Shown here: positions 1 to 14,648 of the stretch, in pieces | How the letters are laid out: each line of letters starts with the position of its first letter | Position numbering within the stretch: the first letter of the stretch is position 1 | Source: Neoconidiobolus thromboides FSU 785 | Taxonomy: Eukaryota > Fungi > Entomophthoromycota | Assembly: GCA_025603075.1 (NCBI GenBank) | Contig: MU626269.1 | Location: forward strand, 1-64,000 | DNA: 64,000 nucleotides | Direction: 5' to 3' | The notes under the pieces: model-generated | Told to the model about the DNA's origin: nothing | The model's input: the letters and a program-made list of their open reading frames with translations, nothing else | Databases searched by the model: none | Program-made: the position numbers and the translations under genes

Positions 1-54
1 TTCAACTATTTCCCCTTCCGAATTTATTATACTCCATAAGCCTTGTACTCCCAT
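1..54 (-). CDS. 5' end of an XPG/Rad2-family nuclease (runs off window start)
   Basis: Minus-strand ATG at 54 gives MGVQGLWSIINSEGEIVE, matching the MG(V/I)xGLW N-terminus of XPG/RAD2/GEN1 nucleases. Only 18 codons are visible. Confidence 0.65.
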   Translation of the reverse strand, partial: MGVQGLWSIINSEGEIVE

Positions 55-565
55 TTTACTTTTATATTAAACGAAATGAATTAAATCAAAAGGTAACTTT
101 TGTTTTAATGGCTTATTTCACTTTATATAAGTTTTAGCTTAAATTAAAAGGTTTTAAATTGTGACGAAACTTCAATTATTTCAAATTTGAAATTAATTTA
201 TTAGAATTATAAGTATTTTGATATAAGATATATAATATTAAATAAAAAAAATTAAATATTGAATTACAGCTTAATATAATTTGCTTAGAAGCTTACTTCA
301 GAATTTTTTAAAAGTTAAGATAAGCAGTTCAATTATGATATCTAAAAATCATCGTGAAAGCAGAGGAAGCTGGGCTACTTTCAAAGAGTTTTGGGGCTAT
401 GTCAAAGCCTTCTCCTACTCTTAGAAGTTGGGTTACAATCAAATCCATCCTGCTAGTACAAATATACTAAATACACACTTCATTACAAAACTTAACTTTC
501 ATGTAACCATAGAGTGGAGTAAACAATAAAATTCAAAAATTTTAAAAGTCAAAATGTTAGCCTTT

Positions 566-670
566 ATATAAGGATGTGTTTTTTGTTCAAGAATTTTACT
601 AGCAACCTTTCCACTCAAATAGCACTTAAAAATGGAAAAAGCAATAAAGTCAAAAATAACATCCCCATAT
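566..670 (+). mobile_element. ATAT-MITE copy 1
   Basis: Matches the family consensus; right end ACATCCCC-ATAT. Confidence 0.85.
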
Positions 671-1390
671 ATTTATTATATAAAATAGAAATTATAGACT
701 TAACTTTATTATACAATTTGTTCTTAGTCCAATATCTTTAATTTCAATCTATTGATATTTTCAAATTAATTTTGGATATTTAGAAAGTAGATAAATAATA
801 TAAAAATCTACCAACATATAAAAATCCCAACTTCAAGGTTATGGAGGCTTGATTTTGTAACAAAAAAAGATAGCTAAATTATTTGAGTTTATTATTGATT
901 ATTAGTTACTAAATGTAAGTTCTTTCATGTATAAGATGCTGTTTTCATTGAATAAATAACCTTTAGATGATAAAATAATAGTTTGTTAGCATTGATATGG
1001 GAAGATGAATTATATTAGACCAACTCTCGAGCAGCATAGATACTCATGAGTTCCATTTGGTATCAAAATGAGCTCAACCTGCTTGTTTTAATCTATATTT
1101 AGTGTCGGGCTAGTTGACGTTTTCTGTAATAAACAAATAAAGTAGATAAACTGGGTTCAACTCCTAATAAAAAATAACTATTTTATTGAGGCTAATATGT
1201 AAAGGACAATAAAAGATTCCAAAATTTTTAAAATTCAAAGTTCATTTTTAGAAATTCTTAATTTTTTATATTTTTTCGAATATTTGGAACTTTAAATTTA
1301 CTGTTTTTAATTTCAAATCCAATAGAAAAATAGAAAATATAGAAAATATAGAAAAATTCTGACAAATAATATTACTAACATTACCAAACA

Positions 1391-4300
1391 ATGACAATGT
1401 TAACAAAAAGTATATCCAAAATCATTCGCGCAGATGAATACAAAGTAAGCTTTGCCTACCCTTACTCTCTCTCTCAATTACTAACCCTATTTTTCTATCT
1501 TTTTATTAGAATAATAACATTGAATCAATCCTACATCATGGACCTATCGTTGGGTTAAAATATCTTAATGGATTGATTATAGCTAGTAGTAACGATCAGT
1601 TAAAAATATTTGATAACGAAGAGAGATTACGATTTGTTAGTGAAAAATTATTAAATTCTCAAAGAATATTTGGTATTGAAGAAGGTAAATTTTGTACTAT
1701 TTATAGAAAACAAAAAGGAAAATAGACAGAAGAAGGAAGGACAAAATGGACACTAAAAAGTATTGATTTTTTTTAGTAAGTATAGAAAAGGATGGTTATT
1801 TGATTCTTATTACTGGAGGAAAGTTTATGAGATTAGTATATTTAAATGTTAATGAGGATAGGTAATTTTAGAACATCATTGATTTTGTTTCCAAATCTAA
1901 AATTAACGCAATTTATTATTATACCTAGTGGAATTTCAATCACCTTAAAAAGTGAAATCATAGTCTTAAAAGATTGGTTACTGACGATTAAAATCAATTC
2001 ATATAATAATAACGAACTAGATTTATTCCTAAGTTTTAGTAATGGATTTATAGCGAAATTAATATTAACTTTGAATCAACAACTGGAATTTGAAACTATT
2101 TCGGATTATGGTTCAGTATTAATCCCTAAAAAATGTTTATTGTAAGTTTTATTTTATGAATTAACAATATGAATTATTAAAATAATTATTTAATTCAATT
2201 AGATATTCCTCATTATTTTTGAATAATACTATAGCTGCTAGTGGCACTATATTTAATGAAATCATTATTTGGGATTATAATAATACTAATATTAATAATA
2301 CAACAACAATTAATGGTAAATTAGTAAAATGTTTAAAAGGTCATGAGGTAACCTTAATTAATAGTTAATAACAATATACCAGTTTTGTTAAGTCTGTAAT
2401 ATTATTTATTAGGGTGTTATTTTTGGCTTAGATTTTTTAGAAAATAAAAATTTGTTAGCATCTACATCAGATGACCGAACTATCAGAATTTGGGATTTAA
2501 ATCAAAAGTAAGCTTAATAGAATAATAATGCTAATAGTAACAAATATTTTAATAAACATTTAGAAATGAAAATGAAAGTTTAAAATTTACTATATTTGCC
2601 CATCAATCTCGAGTATGGAAAGTGAAATTTATAAATTCTAAAAAAATATTAAGTATTGGTGAAGATTCTAGTTGTAAATTAATTCATTTAGATTGGGATA
2701 AAAATGAATATCATATAATTCATTCATTTGAAAATCATTTGGGTAAAAATTTATGGAATTTCCAGATTTCAAATGATTATAAGTATCTTGTAAGTTTAAA
2801 TAGAATTATTATAGTTTAATTAAAATTAAATTTTAATATTTTAACATTTATTTAATTTAGTTTACTGCTGGTAATGACGGAGCATTGATTAAATGGGAAT
2901 TAATGGATTGGTTAAATGAAGGTATTAGTTTATTTTAAAAGGATTTTATTTTATATATTAATGATTATTTTTATATTAAATTAGCACCTTTAAAATTAAA
3001 TATTGAATTAGAAAAAGTAAGTTGTATTGTAACAATATGATAATGATAATGATAATAAATTAATAATAAATCAAATTAGCAACAAAATGATTCTATTTGG
3101 TCATTTATATTATTAAATGAGGAATTAAGTGTAATAACAACAAAAAAAGGGTGATTTTTATTCTATTTTTTATATTAATTTTATTAATTAATATATCTTG
3201 TTACTGTTTTATAGAATTGTTTATTTATATAATATAAAAAATGAACAAATCAAACATATTAAATTACTTAAGGATGATGAATTAATTGGTTACTCATTAA
3301 TCTCATTTATTTATAATGAAATTAAAAAACAGTATTTAATTTCAATAGCAAGTAAAATTGGATCAGTTTTCTTTATTTTATTAAATCAAATTGATCTAAG
3401 TTTTGAAGTAATATTAGAGTTTATTATTTATAATAGTAACAAAATAATATTAATTTTCATTATTAGGTAACTAAACTTCAATTACATAATTCAAGAATTG
3501 AGAAAGGATATTTAAAATATAATAATGATAATCAACATTTTTATTATTTAACTAAACAAGTGGATCAAAATCAAATTTTTATTAATCAATTTCAAGTTAA
3601 TGAAAATACAATTATAAATCAAGTAAATAAATAATAATAATAATTGTAATTATATAATAATAAAATATTAATTTTTCATTTATAGAATACAACATTAAAA
3701 TTAGATATAGAACATTATAATATAACTAGTTTTTATATACAACAAGAGAATGATGATATTAATATATTATTAGGTACAAGAAATGGAAAATTAATTTATT
3801 ATAAAAATGAGAAATTAAAAGAAATTCAGGAAGATTTACATAATAAAGAAACAGTTAGTGATATTCTTTATTATAAAAATAATTATTATTGCTGTGGTAG
3901 AGATGGAAGTTTTACACAATTTATTATTAATGAAAAAGAAGAAATTGAGTTATTAAAGAACATTAAATTAACTAAAGGATGGATTGAAAAGATGAGTGTT
4001 TATAACAATGAATTTTATTTTATTACATTTTATCAAAAAAAAATACAAATAATTGAATATGATAGTTACAATATATTATTTTCATATAATTGTGGGGGAG
4101 CTCATCGATTATGGTCAATTCATATTAATTGTAAATTACAATTAATGTTAAGTTATATAGAAAAAGGAAAAATGAGTTTTATTAAAAACATTCAAAATAA
4201 TTTCAATAAAAAGTTATTACCAAGTATTCATGGCAGAGAAATTAGATGTTTAGAATTAATTAAAGAGAATTTATTTGTTACTAGTGGCGAAGATGGAATT

Positions 4301-5519
4301 ATTAATTTAATTCAATTAAATAATAATAATAATAATAATAATAATAATCAATTAAATAATAATAATAATCAATTAAGTTACAAATTAATTGATTTTAATA
4401 ATAAAACCATGGGTTTAATTACTAAATTAATTTACCTAAATAATTATTTATTTTCAATTGGAGCTAATCAAACGCTATATGTCTGGAAAATTATTAACAA
4501 TCAAATAATATCTTTCGTTAGTGAAGCAGAAAAAATTGGGTAAATTAATTGTTATAATATCACAATATGATAACAAAATATCTATAATAATATTAATTAA
4601 CTTTAAATAATTATTTAGTGATATTCAAGAAGTACGTATTATGGAAATCAAAGGGTATACTATAGATGATAATAATATATTATTATTAATTGGTTATTCC
4701 AATGGCTATTTAAGATTATTTAAATTTAATAATGAAGATTTGAAAGTAGAATTTTTATTTGAAATTCAATTAAATCCAATTAAATGTATATTATCGATGG
4801 AATTTATTACTGAATTTAAATATGATAGTAAGTAATTATATTATATTATATTATATTATACTAATTATAATTCATTCACTATTAGATGAATTCAATTTAT
4901 TTTATATTATTGGAGATAGTAGTGGACGAATTCATATAATACAAGTCAATAAGAACCAAATTCATCTAGTCAATAATCAAATAATCCATCAATCAGGTAT
5001 TAATAGTATTAAAATAATTCAGCATAATAATAATAATAACAATAATAATCAATATTCTATTGTTTCTGGTGGTGATGATACAAATTTAATAATTAATAAA
5101 ATTCAATTGAATTTTATTAATAATGAAATTAATGTAAATTGGCTAAATCAGTTAATTTGCGATTATAAAAATGTATCTGCAATTCAAGGTAATTTGTATT
5201 CTATAATAATAATATAATACAATATATTAACATTAGTTTAAAAATTAGATATAATTATAATGTCTAATAATAATAATAATAATAATAAAATATATTCAGT
5301 ATCATCTGATTCTAGATTAATTGAATATAATTATAATTATAATGAATTAAGATTTAATTATAATTCCAGCTTTATTATTGATTTATTTGATCCATCAGCT
5401 ATTTTATTGAATCAAAGGTAAGTAGTATTATTATATGTTTTGTGTTTGGCAATATTAACATTTTTTTTAGTAATCAACTTATTATCTCTGGGTTTGGTAT
5501 TCAAGTATTAAAATTATAG
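1391..5519 (+). CDS. TRM734: WD40-repeat protein Trm734/Rtt10/WDR6 (tRNA 2'-O-methylation cofactor), multi-exon
   Basis: Spliced motifs GTIFNEIIIW, KGHEGVIFGL, LASTSDDRTIRIW, SRVWKV, CCGRDG, NCGGAHRLW, HGREIRCL, HQSGINSI and VSGGDD occur in WDR6 order, with GT-AG introns and stop TAG at 5517-5519. Confidence 0.88.
4319..4372 (+). repeat. (AAT)n microsatellite encoding poly-Asn in TRM734
   Basis: Directly visible AAT runs; translates QLNNNNNNNNNQLNNNNNQL. Shorter runs lie near 5025-5050 and 5265-5290. Confidence 0.9.
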
Positions 5520-5928
5520 AATAATCGTGAAGAAGTGTTTAAAATAGAAGTTACATTTCTTAATAAAATAAAAGAATTTATTTTTATTAATTGAGTTACC
5601 TTTTTAAGTAAATTGATTAGATATTCAAACTTTGTTCAACTGTTTTTGATATTTTATACAGCTACTGCAATTATATTCTAACATAATTTGCAATGATTTT
5701 TTAGAGCTAGTTATTTGCTTGATTAGTTTCTTTATGGCTTAACAAATTAGTATAGTTTTAACTTAATTTTCTTTTTAAATGAGTGATTGATTAGGTTACA
5801 ATAGAATTGCAGCAGCTAACATCTAGATTCTTGAAAGTTTAATTGGATCAATTTGTTAGCATCTAAGATTTCAATCTAAAAAATTATAAAATTGTTTATA
5901 CTAAAACTGCAAATATTTAATTTCTACA

Positions 5929-7012
5929 ATGTCAATAGAATTTAAAGATGATTATACACAAGAACTAGAAGGCTATAGTTTACCTCCAGAAGAAAACAAT
6001 TTTACACTAACTCCCAATCTTACTACTGAAAATAATTTTACTTCATCAACACCAAATTTAGACGATTTTTCACAGTTGTATCTACAATCTACTTCCATTG
6101 AAAGTTTACAAAAATTATTAATTAATGAACGGAATTGTCCAGAATTATTGAAATTTAATTTTTTATTATTAGAAGAAGTTAATGAGTTGTTAGAACTACA
6201 AGTAAGTTAAAAGTTTTTAAATTATTCATATATATTGATGTTTTTAATATGTACTTAATGTATTAATTATTTTAAATAGTTAGCTAACTTGGAGATTATT
6301 CAATTGAATTCTAAAAATAAACCGGAAGATGAAATTAAAGTATTATTATTACAATCTGATATTGATAAGATACAATATTGTTTAAGAAATTATTTTCGAA
6401 CTAGGATTGATAAAGTAAGTTAATTCAACATTCTAAGTATATGAATAATAATTTAACTTGAGCTTTTTTTTATTCTAAATCTCTCTTTTTTTTAGATTGA
6501 AAGATATTCTATTTATTTTTATTTGAATTTGAATATATTTCAAGAATTGTTTGCTGAATTTGAGTTGGATTATTTAAGAGAGTAAGTTTGTACATTTTAT
6601 TTAATTCACTTATTTACCTTTTGTCAAACAATTAGCTATTACTCTCTATATACCAATTATTTAAAATCAAATCAACCAGAAACATTACCAGAGGAGATAA
6701 GACTGTTAGACATCAATGAAAATCAAAGTAAGGATTTATTAAAATACTGTTATTTTCTGTTAATTATGAATCAACTTTAGTATTAAAACCTAATTTAAAT
6801 GAACCTGTATTTATTAAATGTTTAACAAAGATAAGTGACTATACATTAGAAAATAGGTAATATTTTATAATAGATAATAATATAATGACCTTAACTGATT
6901 AACTTCTTGACCATATAGTGAAGTAATTGAAATGAATCCAGGGAATATATTTTTTTTATCTTATTCAAGTATTCGTGATCTATTAGAAAAAGAATTAGTT
7001 GAATTGATATAA
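5929..7012 (+). CDS. SLD5: GINS complex subunit Sld5 (GINS4), multi-exon
   Basis: LINERNCPELL, DIDKIQYCLRNYFRTRIDKIE, KPNLNEPVFIKC and the C-terminus YSSIRDLLEKELVELI*. Confidence 0.88.
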
Positions 7013-7130
7013 AATAGATTAAAACAATAATATAATTATAGTAATAATAATTACAAATAGTCAAATACAAGGTTGATAATATATAATAAAAAATAATTTA
7101 TAACAAAATAAAAATAAAAATAAAACTTTA

Positions 7131-8283
<1,153 letters not shown>

Positions 8284-8852
8284 TGTTATATTATTATTGA
8301 CAGATCGATGAATCAATGATGATAAATCCTTTTTTTATTGATAAAGATTATTTAGTCTTTTTGTGAGTTTTTGTGTAATTAAATGATAGATATCCTATTG
8401 GTTCAAGTTGAATTATTTTCTTTAAATGCTCAATGAATATATCAATTCCTTTTGTAACTTATTGTGAGAAATTGGTTCTGTTTAAACATTAAATAGAAAT
8501 AGAAATAAATGAAAGGATGTATTATGAATATGAAAATATACAAATTAAATATTAGTATCAGATCAAGATAAAGTATAGACTTCGTAGTATTTAAATTAAA
8601 TCTTGATCTATTTTAGACATAATTACTGTCAGAGTATGATTTGATGTCAAAAGAAGTCTTCTCATTTCTGTAAACCTTAACTCCACTTTTAAATATAATA
8701 AGGAATATAAACTTATAAAAAAGAATTCATTTGAATGATATCAAATTGTAATCTAGAATTAATTTAGAATTATTAGCAAAATATAGATCCTTGTTATTTC
8801 TATGAAGTTTCGATTAAAATTGTCACTGCTAAAAAAATCTTAAATTCAACTT

Positions 8853-9076
8853 ACCCTTCTGAGGGATTCGAACCCACATCTTAGGAATTATATGGGGATA
8901 TATTTTTGTGTTTAAGGATTTTACTAAAAAAATTTCGGCTTAAATGTGCTTAAAACAAAAAAAATAATGAAGCCAAAAAAAACATCCCCATATATTAATT
9001 TGAGAAGTCAACCAGCACTTATTTGACTATTAAATTTTATATAAGATCCCATGTGATACCATTATATTAAGTAAGC
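8853..9076 (-). pseudogene. Degenerate intron-containing tRNA-Ile(TAT)-like gene interrupted by a MITE
   Basis: Minus strand reads GCTTACT-TA-ATAT AATGGTATC ACAT-GGGAT CT TAT A [intron + MITE] A ATTCC TAAGAT GTGGG TTCGAAT CCCTC AGAAGGG T. The T-loop and anticodon stem are recognisable; acceptor and D stems carry mismatches. Confidence 0.45.
8890..8993 (+). mobile_element. ATAT-MITE copy 2
   Basis: ATAT-GGGGATA...ACATCCCC-ATAT. Confidence 0.92.
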
Positions 9077-9370
9077 AACTTACTAGAAAGAATAATTTGA
9101 AAAATTGCTTTAATAAAAATATTTTAAGCTTTTAATAACAATAACAGTTGGAATATTGATAAAGTTAAAGCTAAAGTTTTAGTATCAAACAAGTTATATA
9201 TTTTAAATTTAAATATTATGCTATATCATAAAAATATATTACAGTTAAGAAAGCTATATCTTACATATAGATTAAAGTTTCGTAATAAGGCAAATAACTT
9301 ATGATACAAGTTTGTCGCCATTTAAAATCAAAACCTGTTTTTTAACTAATATCAAACTGAAAAAAACAGT

Positions 9371-9473
9371 ACAGGAGTGTTTTTTTTGACTTCATTATTT
9401 TTCCATTTTTTAAGTGCTATTTAAGCGGAAAAATTGGTAGTAAAATTCTTAAACATAAAAATACATCCCCATA
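9371..9473 (-). mobile_element. ATAT-MITE copy 3
   Basis: Reverse-orientation match to the consensus; flanks degenerate. Confidence 0.85.
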
Positions 9474-9630
9474 CCATGGTTTTTTATTACATCATCATCT
9501 TAAGACTTTGAATTTCGGTCAAACTTTCAAAAATGTGGAACTAATTACATATCTCAAGATCATTAGCCATAATAACTTTTTTTATACTATTTCTTTAACT
9601 TTATTGCTTTAATTCTCAATTTACTATATC

Positions 9631-10243
9631 ATGACAAACAACAAAATATCAACCCAAGTACAAAAAGTGAATAAAAAAGCTCCCATAATAGTAGATTATA
9701 CAAACCTTGTATTACCCAAGGTAATCCACTCATTACACCAATTCAATATTAACATCAACAAAGCATATAGACATCATAAAAGCTTCTGAGGGGAGAGTCA
9801 TTCAAGAATTTATAGTAGAAGAAAAGCATTTGGTAACCATTTCAATTATTTTCTATCAATTATTTTGTAACTTCTTATTATTAAAGAATCCAAACCAAAA
9901 CCTCCATGGTGGATTTATAGCTTATTTAGTTGATGTCTGTGGTGCCTATGCATTATCTACCTTAAACTTAAAAAAGTCATTTGTTTCGATAGATATTAAT
10001 ATAAGTTATTTAGCTAATGCTAAAATCAATGATAGAGTTAGATCAGTAAATTGAATATTGGCATTTGAAAGTAAAGTTATTAACTATTGATAGGATGCTA
10101 AAGTAGATAAAATTAGTCAAAATTTAGCGTTTGTATCGGTGGAAGTATCAAGATTAAATGAGAATGGAGAGAAAGTGACAATTGCTTTGGGTAGACATAC
10201 TTTATTTTTAAAAAATAATAAGGCGAATAAAAATAAACTTTGA
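9631..10243 (+). CDS. Hot-dog fold acyl-CoA thioesterase (ACOT13/THEM2/PaaI-like), paralogue T1, 4 exons, C-terminus NKL
   Basis: NPNQNLHGGFIAYLVD (N-x5-HGG-x6-D spacing as in ACOT13), VSIDINISYL, ALGRHT. All three introns are GT-AG and in frame. Confidence 0.88.
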
Positions 10244-10666
10244 TAAAAATGTGGATAATATAAATCTTTTCATGTTCTACTTAATAAATGAAGTTTTGCA
10301 TTGAGCTTTATATTCAGAAATAGTAAACTGAGGACTGTTATGTTAAATACATAATATTGTCTTTAAAATAAATATACATTAAATGAAGCTTTAATACGAT
10401 AAGATCGAAGCGGAGTTTGAAGTAATAGAGGGCTAAACCATCATTGTTGAAAAGCACGAGCCATTCCTGTGAAAATTATTGCATAGTTCATAAATAAATA
10501 TCGAAACACTTTTCAATATTCGATTAGATTTTTTGAAATTTTATGCTGTATAAAAAATAATCAAAAAATGACGTAGAAAAAAATATTTTACCCAATTTAA
10601 GAATTCTTTTATAAGCATCTTGTAATTATCGTTTAACTTTAAATCAAATTTCAATTTAATGCCTAA

Positions 10667-11360
10667 ATGTCAACCAATCCATTAATAAACAGAATTCAAA
10701 ATATGAAGGTGTTTTTTTGACTTCATTATTTTTTCTATCTTTTAAGCGTTATTTAAGTAGAAGAATTATTAGTAAAATTCTTAAACGCAAAAATACATCC
10801 TCATATGGTGAAAGAAATTCGGCATCGATGTAATCATACAGACGCTATATTACTCAAGGTTAAATAATCTAACAAATTTATACACACTAGTACCGTTAAA
10901 GTATTTTCAAAGTACAGAACAAAAGAAGGAAAATTAGTCTAAAAGTTTATAGTTGAAAAATATTTGATACAATTATTGATTTTATTTATTAGCTTTTTTA
11001 AACCTTTTTTAAACCTTTTTAAAAAAGAATCGAATCTATAGTCTTCATCATAGATTTTTAGTTTATCTTGTGGATGTCTGTGGAGCTTATGTAATTTCTA
11101 CAATGCCTATGAAGAATTTCGGAGTTTTCGTGGGTATCAATATGAGTTACTTATCTAACATTAAAGTGATAAATCATAAGGAATTAATAAGAACTATTAA
11201 TAATACATGAAAGGAATCAAGAATTGATAAAATCGGTGGCAATTTAGCTTTTACGTCAATGGAAATATCTAGACTTGATGAAAATAAAAAGGCAGTGATT
11301 GTTATAGGAAGAAATACAATGCATTTACAAAATAAAGCTAATAATAAAAGTAAATTTTAG
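10667..11360 (+). pseudogene. Thioesterase paralogue T2, pseudogene
   Basis: MITE inserted in exon 1; frameshift and stop in exon 2; second donor GT changed to AT; HGG changed to HHR. Remaining exons align to the other paralogues. Confidence 0.88.
10701..10806 (-). mobile_element. ATAT-MITE copy 4, inside exon 1 of T2
   Basis: Element 10705-10802 is flanked by ATAT at 10701-10704 and 10803-10806. Removing it restores the reading frame. Confidence 0.95.
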
Positions 11361-11675
11361 TAAATATAAGTATCGATCGATATTACATATTCTGTAAAAT
11401 ATCTGGGCGTTTGAATACAACTTTCTATTGCACGCCATTAAATTAAGAAATCTGAAAATACAAAACAATAACTATATTCAAACTTTCAAAAGATCATTAA
11501 GATAATAGGTAATATCTTTTTTATTGCAGTATTTGACTAATGATTGTTTAAAATTCAAGCTACAAAAAAATGACAATGTGAAAAATAATGCTCGCTTTTT
11601 TTATTTAACTTAAGCTTTAGTTTCAATAAACAGTTTGATAATTTCCCAATCTCAAAAATTTATTTTTATAATATT

Positions 11676-12282
11676 ATGTCAGAAAACCAAATAATAAATG
11701 GAATACAAAACGCAATTGAACAGATTAGAGAAGGATCTGGTTATACAAGTATCGTTTTACCTGAGGTTAGAAATACTGATAAACTTGTCTCAATTTAATA
11801 TTATTAAAGTATTTTCAAACTATAGAAGGGGAGATAGGAAGATTAGTTCAAGAGTTTATTGTTGAAGAAAAGCATTTGGTAAAGACGAGTTTTAATCTAT
11901 CAGTTTTATTTTTTTATTTTTTTAAAGAATCCCGGTCATAGTCTTCAAGGAGGATTTATAGCTTACCTAGTGGATGCTTGTGGTGCTTATGTAGTTTCAA
12001 CTATCCCAAAAATTAATTATGGGGTTTCAGTGGATATTAATATAAGTTATTTAGCTAGTGCTAAATTAGGTGATAAAGTTACAGTAGTAAGTAAAATAAA
12101 AGTTTTATAAGGATTATTAATGAAAGTTAAAGGAATCAAGAGTAGATAAAATTGGACGTAGCGTAGCTTTTACATCAATAGAAATATCTAGAGTAGATGA
12201 AAATGACAAAAAGGTAGTGATTGCTTTGGGCAGACATACACTGTTTATGAAAAATAATGACACAAATAAAAGTAAAGTTTAA
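11676..12282 (+). CDS. Hot-dog thioesterase paralogue T3, 4 exons, C-terminus SKV
   Basis: MSENQIINGIQNAIEQIREGSGYTSIVLPE / ...NPGHSLQGGFIAYLVDACGAY...GVSVDINISYL... / ...ALGRHTLFMKNNDTNKSKV*. Confidence 0.88.
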
Positions 12283-12969
12283 TTGATATGTAGCGTTTTG
12301 AAGCTAACTATACAAATGAAGTATCTAGAACCTATATTGAGTTAAATGTTTGTTAATACTAAACCATTTGCTGCTGTGATTTAATTCATTGTTTTCAATA
12401 AAATACATAAAAAATTAATTTTAATAGAGTAAAACTAGAGCTTTGGTTTAAACTTATAATATAAGCCATTCTAACAATTACTGAAAAATATTGAAGCATT
12501 TATACAAAACCTTTAAAAAAAATCTTGAATTAAGTAAACAGTTTTACCCCTGATCTTACATATTTAGTTTTCATTGCTATTATGTTAACATAATAATAAG
12601 TTGTGAGACTTTTTTGTTAAATTGATATTTAAGATGTTTTCCTATTTCAATATTTCTAATTTTTTAATAAAATTGAACAAAATACAAGTCAAAAACCAAA
12701 GTCATACCACCAAGTTTTAATACGATAGCTTGGAAATCTGCCTTATATGGTAAATAGTTTGTAAATAAATAAAAAATGAAGAGAAACCTGCCTAGTAAAT
12801 AATCATATTACTTAATTTCAATTAATATTATCCAAGTAGTCCATTAGCTATTATTATATATTTAATGTGAATCTTACCAATCAATACATTGCTTTTGTCC
12901 AAAAGTAAACTAAGTTTCTATTAAATAAAACAATAAAACGATATACTACTAATTTAAAATGAAAACATA

Positions 12970-13075
12970 ATATGTGAATGTATTTTTGTATTTAAGAGTT
13001 TTACTAACAATTTTTCCACTCAAATAGTGCTTAAAAGATGGAAAAAGTGATGAAGTCAAAAAAACATCCTCATAT
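12970..13075 (+). mobile_element. ATAT-MITE copy 5
   Basis: ATAT on both flanks; consensus body. Confidence 0.9.
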
Positions 13076-13545
13076 AATAAATTTTAGTTATTTACTTATA
13101 TGAAATAAAGATCAGAAATAAAAATAGTAATTTTAAATATTGAAATTGTTGTAATATCAAGACAATTAATATTGTACATGTTTTTTCGCAATGTATTTTA
13201 ATCATTACATTTACCAACTAAATATATATAACATACGCTTATATTCAAATAATTGATGTTATAATAACATAACTTAATATACTAATATTGTAAATTGTAT
13301 TCTCAATAACAATGGAGATAATCGAAGATTAGTAAATCTAGTTAACTTAAAGTAAATATTGATAAATTAATAAAAAGGAATATAGCTATTTACTAACAAC
13401 GGACCGAAATTTTCCAAAAAAGATATTGGATCAATTTTTTGCCTGACCGAAAATCCAAGGAAAATAATCATTCACCATCTAATATTACAATAAAAAAGTA
13501 TAAAAAGCAATGAAAAGAGATTTAAAAAAGCTTTTGTAATAAAAA

Positions 13546-14648
13546 ATGAGTTTATTAAATACCTTGGATACTATTGCTTCAAGTAATAACGTTGTATCGG
13601 CATATAATGATGCCCCAGTAGACTATTTAATTAAAATAGTAGATTTAGCTTTAACTACTAACAAAGCAGTCTTCAATGTTGTAGAAGCTAAAATTAACGT
13701 ATGGATGCCAACATTGATGATAAATTTAAGAGAACAGACTTCTAGTTTAATCTCACCAATAAGTAAATATTTGCCATTGTTAGATCCTATCCAAGTGTTT
13801 TCTATTTTGTTTTTATATATCTTTGTTGTGTTTTTTTGGCTTAAAGTAGCTTCTAGCTTCCTCCCACGTTTCGAAGTAAGATTATTTTCCCTTTTCCATA
13901 ATTTCTGTATGGTCGTTTTATCTGCCTACATGTGCTCTTCTATCCTATTACAAGCTTATGCAGATAAGTATACTCTATTCACTAACCCCGTCGATCACTC
14001 TCCAAATGGTATTCCAGTAAGTTATTTTATTATTATTTGTGTATGATATTATATAATAATTAGTATTGCATAATATCTGTTCCTATTATCATTGCTATTA
14101 TGACAATTTATATTTACGTTTTTAATTAGATGGCTAAAATAATATGGTTATTTTATATTTCCAAAATCCCAGAGTTTGTTGACACTATGATTATGTTGAT
14201 TAAACAAAACTACCGTCAAATTTCCTTTTTACATGTATACCATCATAGTTCGATCTTTGCTATCTGGTGGGTTGTTACCTTGATGGCACCAAATGGCGAT
14301 GCTTATTTCTCAGCTGCATTGAATTCATTTATTCATGTTGTTATGTATGGATATTATTTACTCTCTGCACTTGGATTCAAATCTGTCTCCTTTGTTAAGA
14401 AATATATTACCATGGGACAAATGACTCAATTTGCACTCAACTTTATTCAAGCTAGTTATAATATTGTAGACAGAAATTACTTACGTCCACAAGTCCATGA
14501 ACAAGGATTAGCTTATCCTTATGCTCTTTCCGTCTTACTTTGGTTCTATATGATCTCTATGTTGGTGTTATTCGCTAATTTTTATATTCAAGATCGTATC
14601 CGTCAATCAAAGTTAAAGTCTCAACAAAAGGGAAAGAAAATGAATTAG
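13546..14648 (+). CDS. PUFA (delta-6-type) fatty acid elongase, GNS1/SUR4/ELO family, 2 exons
   Basis: SKIPEFVDT, QISFLHVYHH, NSFIHVVMYGYY and KKYITMGQMTQF are ELO motifs. One intron lies after GIP. Confidence 0.95.

Noticed and set aside
335-535. GC-enriched frame MISKNHRESRGSWATFKEFWGYVKAFSYS*KLGYNQ...
   Set aside because: Only 29 codons precede a stop, with no recognisable homology or splice context.
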